Origin: a virus
Reading direction: 5' to 3' (one strand)
Virus record (IMG/VR): IMGVR_UViG_3300032285_003287
Location: 1-64,000 of that record
DNA: 64,000 nucleotides
Shown here: positions 8,876-18,211 of the stretch, piece after piece
Layout: the number at the start of each line of letters is the position of its first letter
How positions within the stretch are numbered: the stretch's first letter is position 1
The notes under the pieces: model-generated
What the model was told of the DNA's origin: nothing
Database searches by the model: none
Seen by the model: the letters and a program-made list of their open reading frames with translations, nothing else
Made by a program: the position numbers and the translations under genes

Positions 8876-9784
8876 ATGTACAGAACCGGCTATTGCTGCA
8901 TTAATCTGAGTATCGGCGACAATTTCAAGACCATGAAGCTAGGGTGGGCCGACAAGAACCCGGCGGAGGCCCCAGCCAAATGGAGGGGAGTAGTTACTCA
9001 TAATTTTGAATTACTTGCAAAAATAATAGAATGGAATATTAAAAACAATATATTCCTATATAGAATTAGTAGTGATCTTATTCCTTTTGCTGATCATGAC
9101 CATTGGGGTCAGCTATGGAGAGAAGCTTTGCGCTCGGAATGGATGGCAGAAGCGAGCAGCCCGGCCCGGCAGGTTCTAACCAAGTATCGGACGCTAGGCG
9201 GCAGATTGACCATCCATCCCGGCCAATTTGTGAGCATCAGTTCGCCAAATAGTGAGACGCGCCGCAAGAGCCTAGCCAATCTAGAGTATCACGGCCAGCT
9301 ACTCGACTACCTAGGACTACCGGAAAGTGTTGAGTGTCCTATTAATATACATATAAGTAATGGAACCAAAGGAGAACAAGTAGTAAATTATGTAAATGAA
9401 TCATTAGCTATTATGAGTAATAGTGTACGTAATCGTATAGTATTTGAGAACGAGCAGCATGGGTATTGGAAGCCTAGTAATATACGTAAACACTTTAGAA
9501 ATGTGCCTATTACATTAGACTATCATCACTTATCTATTAATCCTGATAATGAATTTACTCTAGATGAAATTATTAAATTTACTAGAGATAGTTGGCCAAA
9601 TATAGATCCAGTCCAGCACTACTCAGAAGGCCGGGCGCATGCTCTGGACACCGCACACAGCGATTATGTCCAGTCTATACCTGACCAGCCCTATGATATT
9701 GAAATAGAAGCAAAACAAAAAGAACTCAGTGTAATGCCCCATTTGCGAACGAGAAATCGCCAAATAACGAGTGTGCTATATTAA
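8876..9784 (+). CDS. uvsE: UV damage endonuclease (UVDE)
   Basis: GYCCIN, YRISSDLIP, RLTIHPGQFV, INIH, LDYHH, HYSE, AHSDY, IEIEAKQKE motifs. Confidence 0.92.
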   Translation: MYRTGYCCINLSIGDNFKTMKLGWADKNPAEAPAKWRGVVTHNFELLAKIIEWNIKNNIFLYRISSDLIPFADHDHWGQLWREALRSEWMAEASSPARQVLTKYRTLGGRLTIHPGQFVSISSPNSETRRKSLANLEYHGQLLDYLGLPESVECPINIHISNGTKGEQVVNYVNESLAIMSNSVRNRIVFENEQHGYWKPSNIRKHFRNVPITLDYHHLSINPDNEFTLDEIIKFTRDSWPNIDPVQHYSEGRAHALDTAHSDYVQSIPDQPYDIEIEAKQKELSVMPHLRTRNRQITSVLY

Positions 9785-10026
9785 CCTGTATTTGTGAATG
9801 ACTTTTTGCCAAATAATGTATATACGTATTTGCTAATGAGATTTTGCCAAATAATGAAATATTAATTAATTTTTAATGGAAGTGTGGCCGAGCGGTTTAT
9901 GGCTGCAGTTTACTAAACTGCCGTACAGCGATGTACCGAGGGTTCGAATCCCTCCGCTTCCTGATTTGCTAACGATATTTTGCCAAATAAGCAACCCTGT
10001 ATTTGCTAACGAAAAAATGCCAAATA
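9740..10026. repeat. five 27-bp imperfect dyads TATTTG-N15-CAAATA flanking tRNA-Ser
   Basis: Copies at 9740, 9789, 9827, 9963 and 10000; consensus tATTTGCtAAcGAnatttTGCCAAATA. Confidence 0.85.
9878..9962 (+). tRNA. tRNA-Ser(ACT)
   Basis: Acceptor GGAAGTG/CGCTTCC; anticodon arm GCAGT-ttACTaa-ACTGC; long variable arm; GGTTCGAATCC; no encoded CCA. Confidence 0.85.
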
Positions 10027-10189
10027 ATGAGTAAGTTAAGTAATAGGTTAAATACCGGTATCTTATATAATGAATAAATAGAATATAACAAAACATCACA
10101 TACACTAGTAATATTAAAAATTCGTTTTAATTAAAAAAAATTGAATTTTAATTTGACCGAGGTCCCAAAAAAATGTAATATAGGTACAT

Positions 10190-10274
10190 GCTCTAGTGGC
10201 GAAATTGGCAGACGCGTCAGACTTAGGATCTGATGTAGCAATACATGGGGGTTCGAGTCCCTCCTAGAGCACCA
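10190..10274 (+). tRNA. tRNA-Leu(TAG)
   Basis: TCAGA-ctTAGga-TCTGA, variable arm, ACCA end. Confidence 0.95.
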
Positions 10275-10297
10275 ACTTAAAACTAATAAAAAAACAA

Positions 10298-10648
10298 ATG
10301 AGTACAAAAAGAGGACGCAAAGCCGGTAGCGGCAGTTTTGTTAGCGTAACGCTAGCAGATCTGAACGCCGCCCTTAAACCAAACGCACGTGTTATAGTAT
10401 GGGGCCGATATGCCCAGATGCTAGGACTGGGTGGCAAGAAGATCGATGCCAAACCGGATGCATTAATCGCTGCGGTTGCTGGTGGTAAGAGCGATGTGGA
10501 ACTCGATACGTTTGATCAGGTCCCTGAAAAGATCAAGTCTCTAGCAGAGGATGTACTGAAGCTGAATAAGCCAGACACCGAGAAACCGGACATCGTGCCC
10601 AAGGTTTCCGTAGAGTTAGAAAGCTTCGATGATGACGAAGTTTTTTAA
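10298..10648 (+). CDS. hypothetical protein (basic N-terminus, acidic C-terminus)
   Basis: KRGRKAGSGSFVSVTLADLN... Confidence 0.75.
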   Translation: MSTKRGRKAGSGSFVSVTLADLNAALKPNARVIVWGRYAQMLGLGGKKIDAKPDALIAAVAGGKSDVELDTFDQVPEKIKSLAEDVLKLNKPDTEKPDIVPKVSVELESFDDDEVF

Positions 10649-10692
10649 AAAAAAGTATTGACCCACACAACAAAATAAATTAAGAACAAGGT

Positions 10693-11700
10693 ATGGAAAA
10701 CTACTTTGACGAAATGATCGGGCAGGACAAGACCAAGCGCGTTTTATCCTTCTACATAGATGCCTTTGAGAAGAGCGAGATCCTGCCACACTTGTTTGTG
10801 GTCGGTCAGCGAGGCCAAGGCAAGACGATGCTAGCAACTCAGGTTGCCAAGAACCTCAGATCCAAGACTCTGGGTCGTGTCAAGCCGATGTTGACTATCA
10901 ACTGCTCCACTCTAAAGAATGTTAGACAGTTTGTAGAGGATATCGCCCTGACATACATTCGCGACCAGCACATTACCGTGTTCTTTGACGAGGCGCACGA
11001 GATGCCAGAGAGCGTCCAGACTTGCCTACTGACTGTTCTCAATCCCAACAAACACAACAGGAATACTTTGCGGTTTGATGACTACAACATAGAGTTCGAC
11101 TTTACCAAAGTCAGCTTTATCTTTGCCACTACAGACCCACAGAAGGTTATTACTCCGCTCAAGGATCGTTGTAAGATGATTCATATGGAGGAATATAATT
11201 ACTCTGATCTAGGTAAGATTGTAGAGAATAACTCTGATGATATTACTTATTCACCTAAAGTATTAGAGGAGATTAGTTCTACCTGTAGGGGCAACGCTCG
11301 TAACGCTACCCTTATGGCTAAGGATAACATTACTCAATTTGCCAAGCGGCACAACATTCATGACATCGACGACAAGGCGTGGAAGGAACTCAAGTGCGTT
11401 CTAGGCATCCTACCCTTGGGCCTAGAGAATACTGAGCTTCAGCTACTCAAGGTTCTCAAGGAGCGTGGTAGTTGTTCGCTCACAAATTTGAGTGCGGTTA
11501 CCGGCTTGTCTGGTAATGCCCTGCGTAGCGAGTTTGAGCTTTACTTGCTCAAGCACGGACTAATGGAGGTCGCACAGGGTGGTAGACGCATTACTGCCAA
11601 GGGCGTGGAGTATCTCAGGAATCTCGACAATGAGTGCCCTGACCAACCTACGCACTTGCAACTGGCCACAGAAACCATTACACTGGAGGAGAATGAATAA
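10693..11700 (+). CDS. ruvB: RuvB-like AAA+ Holliday junction branch-migration ATPase
   Basis: FDEMIGQ, Walker A GQRGQGKT, Walker B VFFDEAHE, IFATTD..PLKDR, RGNARNA, C-terminal winged helix with GRRIT. Confidence 0.85.
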   Translation: MENYFDEMIGQDKTKRVLSFYIDAFEKSEILPHLFVVGQRGQGKTMLATQVAKNLRSKTLGRVKPMLTINCSTLKNVRQFVEDIALTYIRDQHITVFFDEAHEMPESVQTCLLTVLNPNKHNRNTLRFDDYNIEFDFTKVSFIFATTDPQKVITPLKDRCKMIHMEEYNYSDLGKIVENNSDDITYSPKVLEEISSTCRGNARNATLMAKDNITQFAKRHNIHDIDDKAWKELKCVLGILPLGLENTELQLLKVLKERGSCSLTNLSAVTGLSGNALRSEFELYLLKHGLMEVAQGGRRITAKGVEYLRNLDNECPDQPTHLQLATETITLEENE

Positions 11701-11781
11701 CGATAACGAGTCAGGGGGCAACATATTTATTTTATTATTATCAATGATACTAGCAGCAATAGCTTTAAAACATAAAACAAA

Positions 11782-11967
11782 ATGAAATACTACAAAGTAA
11801 CATTAGACAACGGAGAGGAACTATTCCACGAGAGTAAGTCCAGCCTAACCAACGACCAGCTACTGCAGGAGATGCAAGAGGTGGCCACACTATCCCCAGC
11901 AGAGGTTGAGGACGTAAAAGACATAGAAGAGATAGAGGAAGAAGAGTATGAGATGTATGCAATTTAA
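11782..11967 (+). CDS. small acidic protein
   Basis: 61 aa, very Glu-rich. Confidence 0.65.
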   Translation: MKYYKVTLDNGEELFHESKSSLTNDQLLQEMQEVATLSPAEVEDVKDIEEIEEEEYEMYAI

Positions 11968-12008
11968 GGATTGACATATTAAACAATAATTATTAAAATA
12001 ACAAAACA

Positions 12009-12200
12009 ATGAAGAACATAAAGAAACTGAAAAACGGAAGTATCTATGACTACAATGGCAAGATTGTCAGACTGCGCCAGCGCGTCGGGGCAATCGTCAC
12101 CTTGCGTGAGCCGCATGGTCGAATCTTCCTTGGTCGAGCAGACTTGCTCAAGCGTGTCGGAAATAAGAAGGTTGAAACCTTCGTCGCAAAGTGCGCATAA
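12009..12200 (+). CDS. small basic hypothetical protein
   Basis: Downstream of TTGACA-17-TAAAAT (11971-11999). Confidence 0.65.
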   Translation: MKNIKKLKNGSIYDYNGKIVRLRQRVGAIVTLREPHGRIFLGRADLLKRVGNKKVETFVAKCA

Positions 12201-12201
12201 A

Positions 12202-12465
12202 ATGTCGAACAGCAAGCACGTTGAAGAGATTCTAGGGGTGTTCCGCAATCACACGCTGGTTGCGGTCACCAAGGCGGGTAAGGAGCTAGAGGTCTTATTC
12301 CTCGACCCCTATCCAGAGGAAACCAACTCGGTTATCGGACTAGGTAACGGCAAGAAGATTACTACTGATGACCTAGAGTTCGCGGATTTAGCACAGGGCG
12401 AGGCGCAAATAAAAGTTTTACTGGGCGACTACACCTTTCACCTTGAGCGTGGAAAGGCGAATTAG
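12202..12465 (+). CDS. hypothetical protein
   Basis: ATG one base after the upstream stop (MSNSKHVEE...). Confidence 0.6.
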   Translation: MSNSKHVEEILGVFRNHTLVAVTKAGKELEVLFLDPYPEETNSVIGLGNGKKITTDDLEFADLAQGEAQIKVLLGDYTFHLERGKAN

Positions 12466-12568
12466 CGAACCCGAAATAGCGAAATAGCCCGATCTAAATA
12501 ACCTCATGGATATATATACTTATCACTATGGAAACAATACTATTGATACTGGTTAGTTTAGGACTTTT

Positions 12569-12645
12569 GTAAGTTGTTGATTATTAATTATTTACGAAGC
12601 CGGGCTGGGCCCGGTCCCGTAACCCGTTGAAACATAGGCGTTTAC
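12569..12645. repeat. element B, copy 1 (box-4-core-4-box)
   Basis: gtaagttgttgattattaattatttac-gaag-CCGGGCTGGGCCCGG-tccc-gtaacccgttgaaacataggcgtttac. Confidence 0.9.
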
Positions 12646-12724
12646 AACTATTCGGAATAAAATTGTAAAAATTGCTTGCCACGCCACACAAAAAAGACGA
12701 TTATGAGGACTCACACAACACACC

Positions 12725-14944
12725 ATGATTACATCACAAAACACCGCATCAGTCTCCACTTCGGGTATCAAGTCTGCCGTTAGCTTTGGCATCAAAGACT
12801 CTGGACTCGCTCACATCTTCAATGTTCTACGCAATCAGCTTTACACCGACAAGATCGGTGCTGTTGTGCGTGAATACTCTGCCAATGCCTACGATGCCAA
12901 TGTCGAGGCTGGCAATAGCAATACGCCGATTGTAGTATCATTACCTTCGGCTCTCAATAAGGTTTTCAAGATCCGTGACTTCGGGCGTGGTTTGTCCGAG
13001 CAGGACATTCAAGACATTTATTGCTTCTACGGCGAAAGCACAAAGCGTCAGAGCAACGCTTTTATCGGTCAGCTTGGGCTTGGCTCCAAGAGTGCGTTTG
13101 CCTATGGTGACAACTTTGTTATCAATAGCTTCACGGATGGTGTCGTGCGTTCCTACAACGCTTTCATTGATCCTTCTGGTATCGGACAGATTGCCCTGCT
13201 ATCGTCCTCTGATACTTCCGAGCCTAATGGTGTTGAGATCGTCATTCCTGTTAAGATGGAGGATGCTCCCTACTTTGCCAAGTCGGTAAAGCAGTATCTC
13301 CGATTCTTTAAGGTTAAGCCTACTATCGTCGGCATGGATAAGGGCGAACTGGAACAGATGACGGCAGACCCTATCTCGTCTGGTGATGGATGGGCATACC
13401 ATCAGAATGTTAATGTGCCTCATGCTGTCATGGGTAACATCGCATACCCGATTGCGGGTCACTCTATGAAGCTGAACCTTTCTGATCCGAAAGACAAGGC
13501 TATCTCGACAATCCTCAATACCTCTATGGTCATCAATTTTGAGATCGGTGACTTGGATGTGGCGGCAAGCCGTGAGGGACTTCAATACACCCCTCACACG
13601 CTCAAGAATCTCCGTGACAAGATTTCTGTAATCGCTGACAAGATCGTATCAGAGATCCAGCAACAGATTAACGGCAAGGCTAATAGCCTGTATGCGGCAA
13701 AGCGTATGCTATCCGAGATGGATAACATGGTCGGTGGTTTCTATCACCTCCGTAGCTTGTTCACTAACCTTTCCTACAAGGGTATCAAGCTGACCAATGA
13801 TTATGTTTCGGTTCGCACACGCTCAACCGACAAGACGCTCAAGTTCCGAGTTATGCGTTATCAGAAGAACTGGAACGGCAATATCAATGCGTCCGAGACT
13901 GAAGAGTTCCAAGCTAGGCCAGATCATGTTCTGATTTTCAACGACCTTGGCAACTACAACTCTGGTGCTAGACACTCTCGTTACTACGCAGAGACTAACG
14001 ACAAGAAGGTTTTCATGTTCACGCCACAGATCGTAAAGATCGTCGGCAAGGACGAGAAGTATGGCACGATCAAAGCTACGGATCGTAGCTACGACAAGCA
14101 GATTGCCGAGATCAAGAAGCTGAACGGATTCTGTGACGATGACTTCATTCTCGCCTCGTCAATCGTTATCCCTGCTAATGCTGTAACTGGTAGTGCAACC
14201 AAGACCGCTAGGACTGGTGTTCTCCTGTTCAAGCCAGACGATGCTAACTCATGGCGTTCACGCAACGCTTGGGAGGAAGCCAAGGCAGACCTCAAGGATG
14301 GTAGTGGCGTTTATGTCCGAGTGAACAACTACAAGTTTGTTCCGATTGAATCCAATCGTGAGCCTTCCTGCCTCTCTTCGCTGTTGTCATCCTTCAAGGG
14401 ACTGATCGACTCCAAGAAGGTTGTCGGTGTCACGCAGTCACAGATCAAGAAGATGGGTGACGGATGGGTTTCACTTAAAGACCTTGCGATTGAGAAGTTC
14501 AACGAGTTCGTCCAGACTAACAATCTCGACCTGACCTCTGCGATTGCTAATACGCTTGCGGCTCCACAGATCCGAAACATCGGTGGTATCTGCGAGATCA
14601 ATCAGCCAAAGCATCAGAACACCCTGCTTGCTGGTATCAAGGATAATGGCATGAAGCAAGTTCTCAAGAGTGTGTTTGATTCTATCAACTCACAGAATCG
14701 CAGTCAGACAGGCAAGGTTGCAACTGCCCTCGCCATGATGGATCAGCTTGATGTCTTTGAAGTCAAGAAGGCTGACCTTGATCCTAACTTTGGCAAGACA
14801 CAGAATATCGCTAATGGTATCACGCAACTCTACAAGAAGCTAGTTGAGGCCAAGCCTATGCTGACGCTGTTAGATACTCGCTACTATCGTTGGAACCTTA
14901 ACGATAATACTATCAAGACTCTTGTTGACTATCTGAATAGCTAA
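12725..14944 (+). CDS. rIIA: rIIA-like protein (N-terminal GHKL/HSP90-like ATPase)
   Basis: LYTDKIGAVVREYSANAYDA, IRDFGRGLS, YGESTKRQSN..IGQLGLGSKSAFAY, ASREGLQY; adjacent to rIIB. Confidence 0.9.
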   Translation: MITSQNTASVSTSGIKSAVSFGIKDSGLAHIFNVLRNQLYTDKIGAVVREYSANAYDANVEAGNSNTPIVVSLPSALNKVFKIRDFGRGLSEQDIQDIYCFYGESTKRQSNAFIGQLGLGSKSAFAYGDNFVINSFTDGVVRSYNAFIDPSGIGQIALLSSSDTSEPNGVEIVIPVKMEDAPYFAKSVKQYLRFFKVKPTIVGMDKGELEQMTADPISSGDGWAYHQNVNVPHAVMGNIAYPIAGHSMKLNLSDPKDKAISTILNTSMVINFEIGDLDVAASREGLQYTPHTLKNLRDKISVIADKIVSEIQQQINGKANSLYAAKRMLSEMDNMVGGFYHLRSLFTNLSYKGIKLTNDYVSVRTRSTDKTLKFRVMRYQKNWNGNINASETEEFQARPDHVLIFNDLGNYNSGARHSRYYAETNDKKVFMFTPQIVKIVGKDEKYGTIKATDRSYDKQIAEIKKLNGFCDDDFILASSIVIPANAVTGSATKTARTGVLLFKPDDANSWRSRNAWEEAKADLKDGSGVYVRVNNYKFVPIESNREPSCLSSLLSSFKGLIDSKKVVGVTQSQIKKMGDGWVSLKDLAIEKFNEFVQTNNLDLTSAIANTLAAPQIRNIGGICEINQPKHQNTLLAGIKDNGMKQVLKSVFDSINSQNRSQTGKVATALAMMDQLDVFEVKKADLDPNFGKTQNIANGITQLYKKLVEAKPMLTLLDTRYYRWNLNDNTIKTLVDYLNS

Positions 14945-15019
14945 CAATTTGTGGTGAGGGAACGGGGGTGGAGCTATGTGGTGTGGCTCCACTCCCAACT
15001 CATTTAACTTAACTAACAT

Positions 15020-15065
15020 CCGGGCGGGGCCCGGCGCTGTAACCTGTTGATAATCAGTGCTTTAT
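15020..15065. repeat. element B, copy 2
   Basis: CCGGGCGGGGCCCGG-cgct-gtaacctgttgataatcagtgctttat. Confidence 0.9.
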
Positions 15066-15133
15066 GAACATTCGATTTTTTTTGTAAAAAAATGCTTGCC
15101 GCCACACACAAAAAAGACGATGATGAGGGAGTT

Positions 15134-15997
15134 ATGAACATCCCATACATTCTGACCGACCACTCGCTTACTGCGATCTTGGACGGCACTCCCTACACGA
15201 TCCAAAGCTCACACGAGAATTGGGCCGCAATCATCGACGCTATCAAGAATGATGCGTCTGAAGCTGAACTCCTCGACCTTATCGACACGGCAACTGCTGT
15301 GCAGGACTGGTCTGAAGGAGAGGTTGAGGTTATCAATGGTCATGTCTACTTCAATGGTGAAGTCATTCATGGAACTATTGTGGAAAAGATTTTGTCCTTT
15401 ATCAAGGATGGAATCTCGCCTACTCCTCTGGTCAAGTTCCTAACTAATCTGATGCAGAATCCTTCTCGTCGGAGCGTTAGCCAACTCTACTCGTTCCTTG
15501 AGCATGGTAATATGCCCATCACGCCAGATGGTCATTTCCTCGGCTACAAGAGCATCCGTGAGGATTGGATGGATCACTACTCTGGCAAGTTCTCTAACAA
15601 GGTTGGAGAAATCCTGTCAATGCCTCGCAACTCGGTTTGCGATGATGCTAACCTTGGATGCAGTTATGGCTTCCATGTCGGTTCGCTTGAGTATGCTACT
15701 AGCTTTGGCGGTAGTGATCGCAAGGTTGTGATCGTCAAGGTTAATCCTGCCGATGTGGTTAGCGTTCCTCACGACTGCGACTACCAGAAGATGAGGACTT
15801 CTCGTTACGAGGTCGTGGGTGTGTATGACGCTCCGCTTCCCGATAGCTACTACGATGGCTATGACAATGGGGACGATGACGACTACGAGCAGGAATGGAG
15901 CGAGCATGATGGCGAGGTCTACGGACGCAAGCCTAATGGTGACCGCTTTCACAATGTTAGGGACGGCAAGGGAAGGTTTGTAGCACGGAAGAGTTAA
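15134..15997 (+). CDS. rIIB: rIIB-like protein
   Basis: ITPDGHFLGYK, MPRNSVCDD...CSYGFHVGSLEYA, VKVNPADVVSVP.D..KMR; start moved to 15134 because 15092 overlaps the promoter. Confidence 0.9.
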   Translation: MNIPYILTDHSLTAILDGTPYTIQSSHENWAAIIDAIKNDASEAELLDLIDTATAVQDWSEGEVEVINGHVYFNGEVIHGTIVEKILSFIKDGISPTPLVKFLTNLMQNPSRRSVSQLYSFLEHGNMPITPDGHFLGYKSIREDWMDHYSGKFSNKVGEILSMPRNSVCDDANLGCSYGFHVGSLEYATSFGGSDRKVVIVKVNPADVVSVPHDCDYQKMRTSRYEVVGVYDAPLPDSYYDGYDNGDDDDYEQEWSEHDGEVYGRKPNGDRFHNVRDGKGRFVARKS

Positions 15998-16011
15998 GGG
16001 GTAAGGGGATA

Positions 16012-16041
16012 GCCGCTCTCGATAGGGGTATCGAGGGCGGC
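16012..16041 (+). terminator. stem-loop after rIIB
   Basis: gccgctctcgata-gggg-tatcgagggcggc. Confidence 0.55.
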
Positions 16042-16062
16042 ATTTCCGTGTAAATCATTTAA

Positions 16063-16135
16063 CGAGATGTGGCCCAATGGTTAAGGCGCTTGCTTTGGGA
16101 GCAAGATACTGGGAGTTCGAGTCTCCCCATCTCGA
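16063..16135 (+). tRNA. tRNA-Pro(TGG)
   Basis: CTTGC-ttTGGga-GCAAG; acceptor CGAGATG/CATCTCG. Confidence 0.92.
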
Positions 16136-16177
16136 GATTTTTAGTCTCAAACCCCTCTTTGTAGTGTAATAGTATAT

Positions 16178-16657
16178 ATGCCAAATATAAAATGCACTTC
16201 ATGCCTGAAAGAGGTAAGTAAGTTTGCCTATGAATTAAAATCAATTAATCTTGATTCATATACCTGTAAAGATTGTAGAATAAAGAGCTGTAGAGAGGAA
16301 AGAGTTTGCCCCATTTGCAATAAGAGTTTTATTACATTAAAAAAGGAAGATAAAAGAACCTGCTCATACTCTTGTTCTAATAAAATGTTTAGAACTGGGG
16401 AAAATAATGGCAACTGGAAAGAAAGTAGGTATAGAACCACTTGCTTTAATAAGCATGAAAAAAAATGTATCATTTGCGAAGAGAAAAATATAGTAGAGGT
16501 TCACCATCATGATCAAAATAAGAAAAACAATAAACCAGAAAATCTTATTCCACTATGCCCAACTCACCATCAGTATGTTCATAGCCGATTCTCGCATCTT
16601 GTAGTCCCATTAATTGAAAAATATAGGAAAAAGTTTATTGAACTTAACCTCAACTAA
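16178..16657 (+). CDS. HNH endonuclease
   Basis: CIICEEKNIVEVHHHDQNKKNNKPENLIPLCPTHH; GTGTAA-N8-ATG upstream. Confidence 0.9.
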   Translation: MPNIKCTSCLKEVSKFAYELKSINLDSYTCKDCRIKSCREERVCPICNKSFITLKKEDKRTCSYSCSNKMFRTGENNGNWKESRYRTTCFNKHEKKCIICEEKNIVEVHHHDQNKKNNKPENLIPLCPTHHQYVHSRFSHLVVPLIEKYRKKFIELNLN

Positions 16658-16660
16658 CAT

Positions 16661-16706
16661 CCCGGCGGGGCCCGGCGCCATAAGCGTCTAATAGTCAAAG
16701 ACTTAC
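16661..16706. repeat. element B, copy 3
   Basis: CCCGGCGGGGCCCGG-cgcc-ataagcgtctaatagtcaaagacttac. Confidence 0.85.
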
Positions 16707-16825
16707 ACATATAAAGATTCTTTGTATATGATCGTTGACATGCATAGAAAGTCACCTTTCGTTTACATGAATAAATTGTAAAAATCTTCTTGCGCCAACT
16801 CCCAACTAGTCGTATAGTAAGGGTC

Positions 16826-17029
16826 ATGAGCAATCTGTTTAAATCACAAAAGCGTTTCATTGAAAAACACTTTGGAGCCAAGTCAGCAGATACTGCAAAC
16901 TACGGATGGGCAGCAGATGAGAATTCGTATATGACAAAAATCTATACTTATCCTAAACTGTCTTATGTCTGTTCGTATCGTTCCCCTGCTAACGGCAGGA
17001 TTGTTCATGAGATAACCACAGAAAAATAA
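16826..17029 (+). CDS. hypothetical protein
   Basis: Leaderless after TTGCGC-17-TATAGT. Confidence 0.65.
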   Translation: MSNLFKSQKRFIEKHFGAKSADTANYGWAADENSYMTKIYTYPKLSYVCSYRSPANGRIVHEITTEK

Positions 17030-17033
17030 AAAT

Positions 17034-17282
17034 ATGACTACACCCAAACCCAAACGTTTCTTTTACCACTACAACAAGCCTCTAGCCCGCAAGCAGGGCA
17101 GGAATGTCATAACCATCCACTGGGAAGGTTCATGCCGTATTGTGAATAAAATTAAAACAATCGGTCTTGATATTGAAAGTCACGAACAAAAGCGACAACC
17201 ACGATGCATTATGCGTGGGTTTGCTAGTAGCTTGATTATCGCTCACAATCCAGACGGCACAACTACCGGAATAGTTTCTTAA
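17034..17282 (+). CDS. hypothetical phage protein
   Basis: RFFYHYNKP...ITIHW...KRQPRCIMRG. Confidence 0.7.
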   Translation: MTTPKPKRFFYHYNKPLARKQGRNVITIHWEGSCRIVNKIKTIGLDIESHEQKRQPRCIMRGFASSLIIAHNPDGTTTGIVS

Positions 17283-17283
17283 T

Positions 17284-17490
17284 ATGAGCGCACCCGTTCT
17301 ATCACCTAAAGGCGTCACTGCAGACATGAGATTCTACTGCAAGGACTGCGACACCACATATTGTGGAGACCAAGTACTTGATGGAAGTTTGGATTTGTTT
17401 ATTATTAACGAAGACCGGACTAATCCACTGAATTCAACTTTCCGCTGCCATCTCTGCCAAGAGGACGCAGATGAATATGCTCGGGGATAG
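17284..17490 (+). CDS. small Zn-binding protein
   Basis: CKDC...CHLC. Confidence 0.6.
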   Translation: MSAPVLSPKGVTADMRFYCKDCDTTYCGDQVLDGSLDLFIINEDRTNPLNSTFRCHLCQEDADEYARG

Positions 17491-17574
17491 AATATTGAGG
17501 CTATGGATTTTTATTCAATTGGTAATTGTTAATACTAGACTATAGCTCCAAAATACTATATAATAAACGAATAT

Positions 17575-17667
17575 AGTCCTATAGTTTAACGGCAGAACGG
17601 CACTCTTATACAGTGTAAGCGGGGAGACGCCTGCGTGGTGAAGGTTCGAATCCTTCTAGGACTACCA
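17575..17667 (+). tRNA. tRNA-Ile(TAT) with long variable arm
   Basis: Acceptor AGTCCTA/TAGGACT+ACCA; GCACT-ctTATac-AGTGT; ~23-nt variable region with GCGGG/CCTGC stem. Confidence 0.85.
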
Positions 17668-18159
17668 ATTTTCATATTGCGGATTATGATGTTCTCGATG
17701 ACAATTAGCACAAAGCAAAATACATTTAGATACTTCCTTGAGACATTTTTCCCAATTCATCTTTAATAAAAAGCTTAGATTCATTGGCGTCTCCTTTTTA
17801 GATGGGTCTAAATGATGAAAATCTAATGCCGCCAAATTTTTATTGTAATCACATTTGCTACATTTTCCACCCAACTGATTAACGAGATCTTTCTTTCTCT
17901 GTATAGCACGATCTTTTTGTTGTTTATACCATCTACCGGCTTTTTTCATGGTACATGATCTAGAACAATAAATAGTTTGATTGCCTTCTAATTTTTTTGA
18001 ACAGATTACGCAGTTTTTTCTTTTACCTATGCTTCGTGTATTGTGATGTCCCCAAGGGGAGCATTCTAAACAAAACTTTCTTGCACCCAAATTCTTTTTT
18101 ACTCCATCTATTTTACAACAAGATGAAAAACTCCTTTGACAGTTAGCGCAAATCTTCAT
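17662..18159 (-). CDS. HNH endonuclease (antisense, in the tRNA region)
   Basis: GGKCSKCDY...ALDFHHLDP...KCILLCANCHREHH; stop overlaps the tRNA-Ile 3' end. Confidence 0.92.
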   Translation of the reverse strand: MKICANCQRSFSSCCKIDGVKKNLGARKFCLECSPWGHHNTRSIGKRKNCVICSKKLEGNQTIYCSRSCTMKKAGRWYKQQKDRAIQRKKDLVNQLGGKCSKCDYNKNLAALDFHHLDPSKKETPMNLSFLLKMNWEKCLKEVSKCILLCANCHREHHNPQYENW

Positions 18160-18211
18160 ATAATGATATTACACTTGAATTAACCATTCATCCAAAAAAC
18201 TAATTAAAATT

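Noticed and set aside
9905-9921. Amber suppressor (CTA) reading of the Ser tRNA, or genome-wide stop recoding
   Set aside because: The 5-bp stem GCAGT/ACTGC centres ACT, not CTA; long genes are intact in the standard code and TAA, TAG and TGA all end genes
9740-10026. CRISPR array
   Set aside because: Repeats are degenerate, gaps are only ~10-22 bp or contain a tRNA, and no cas genes are present
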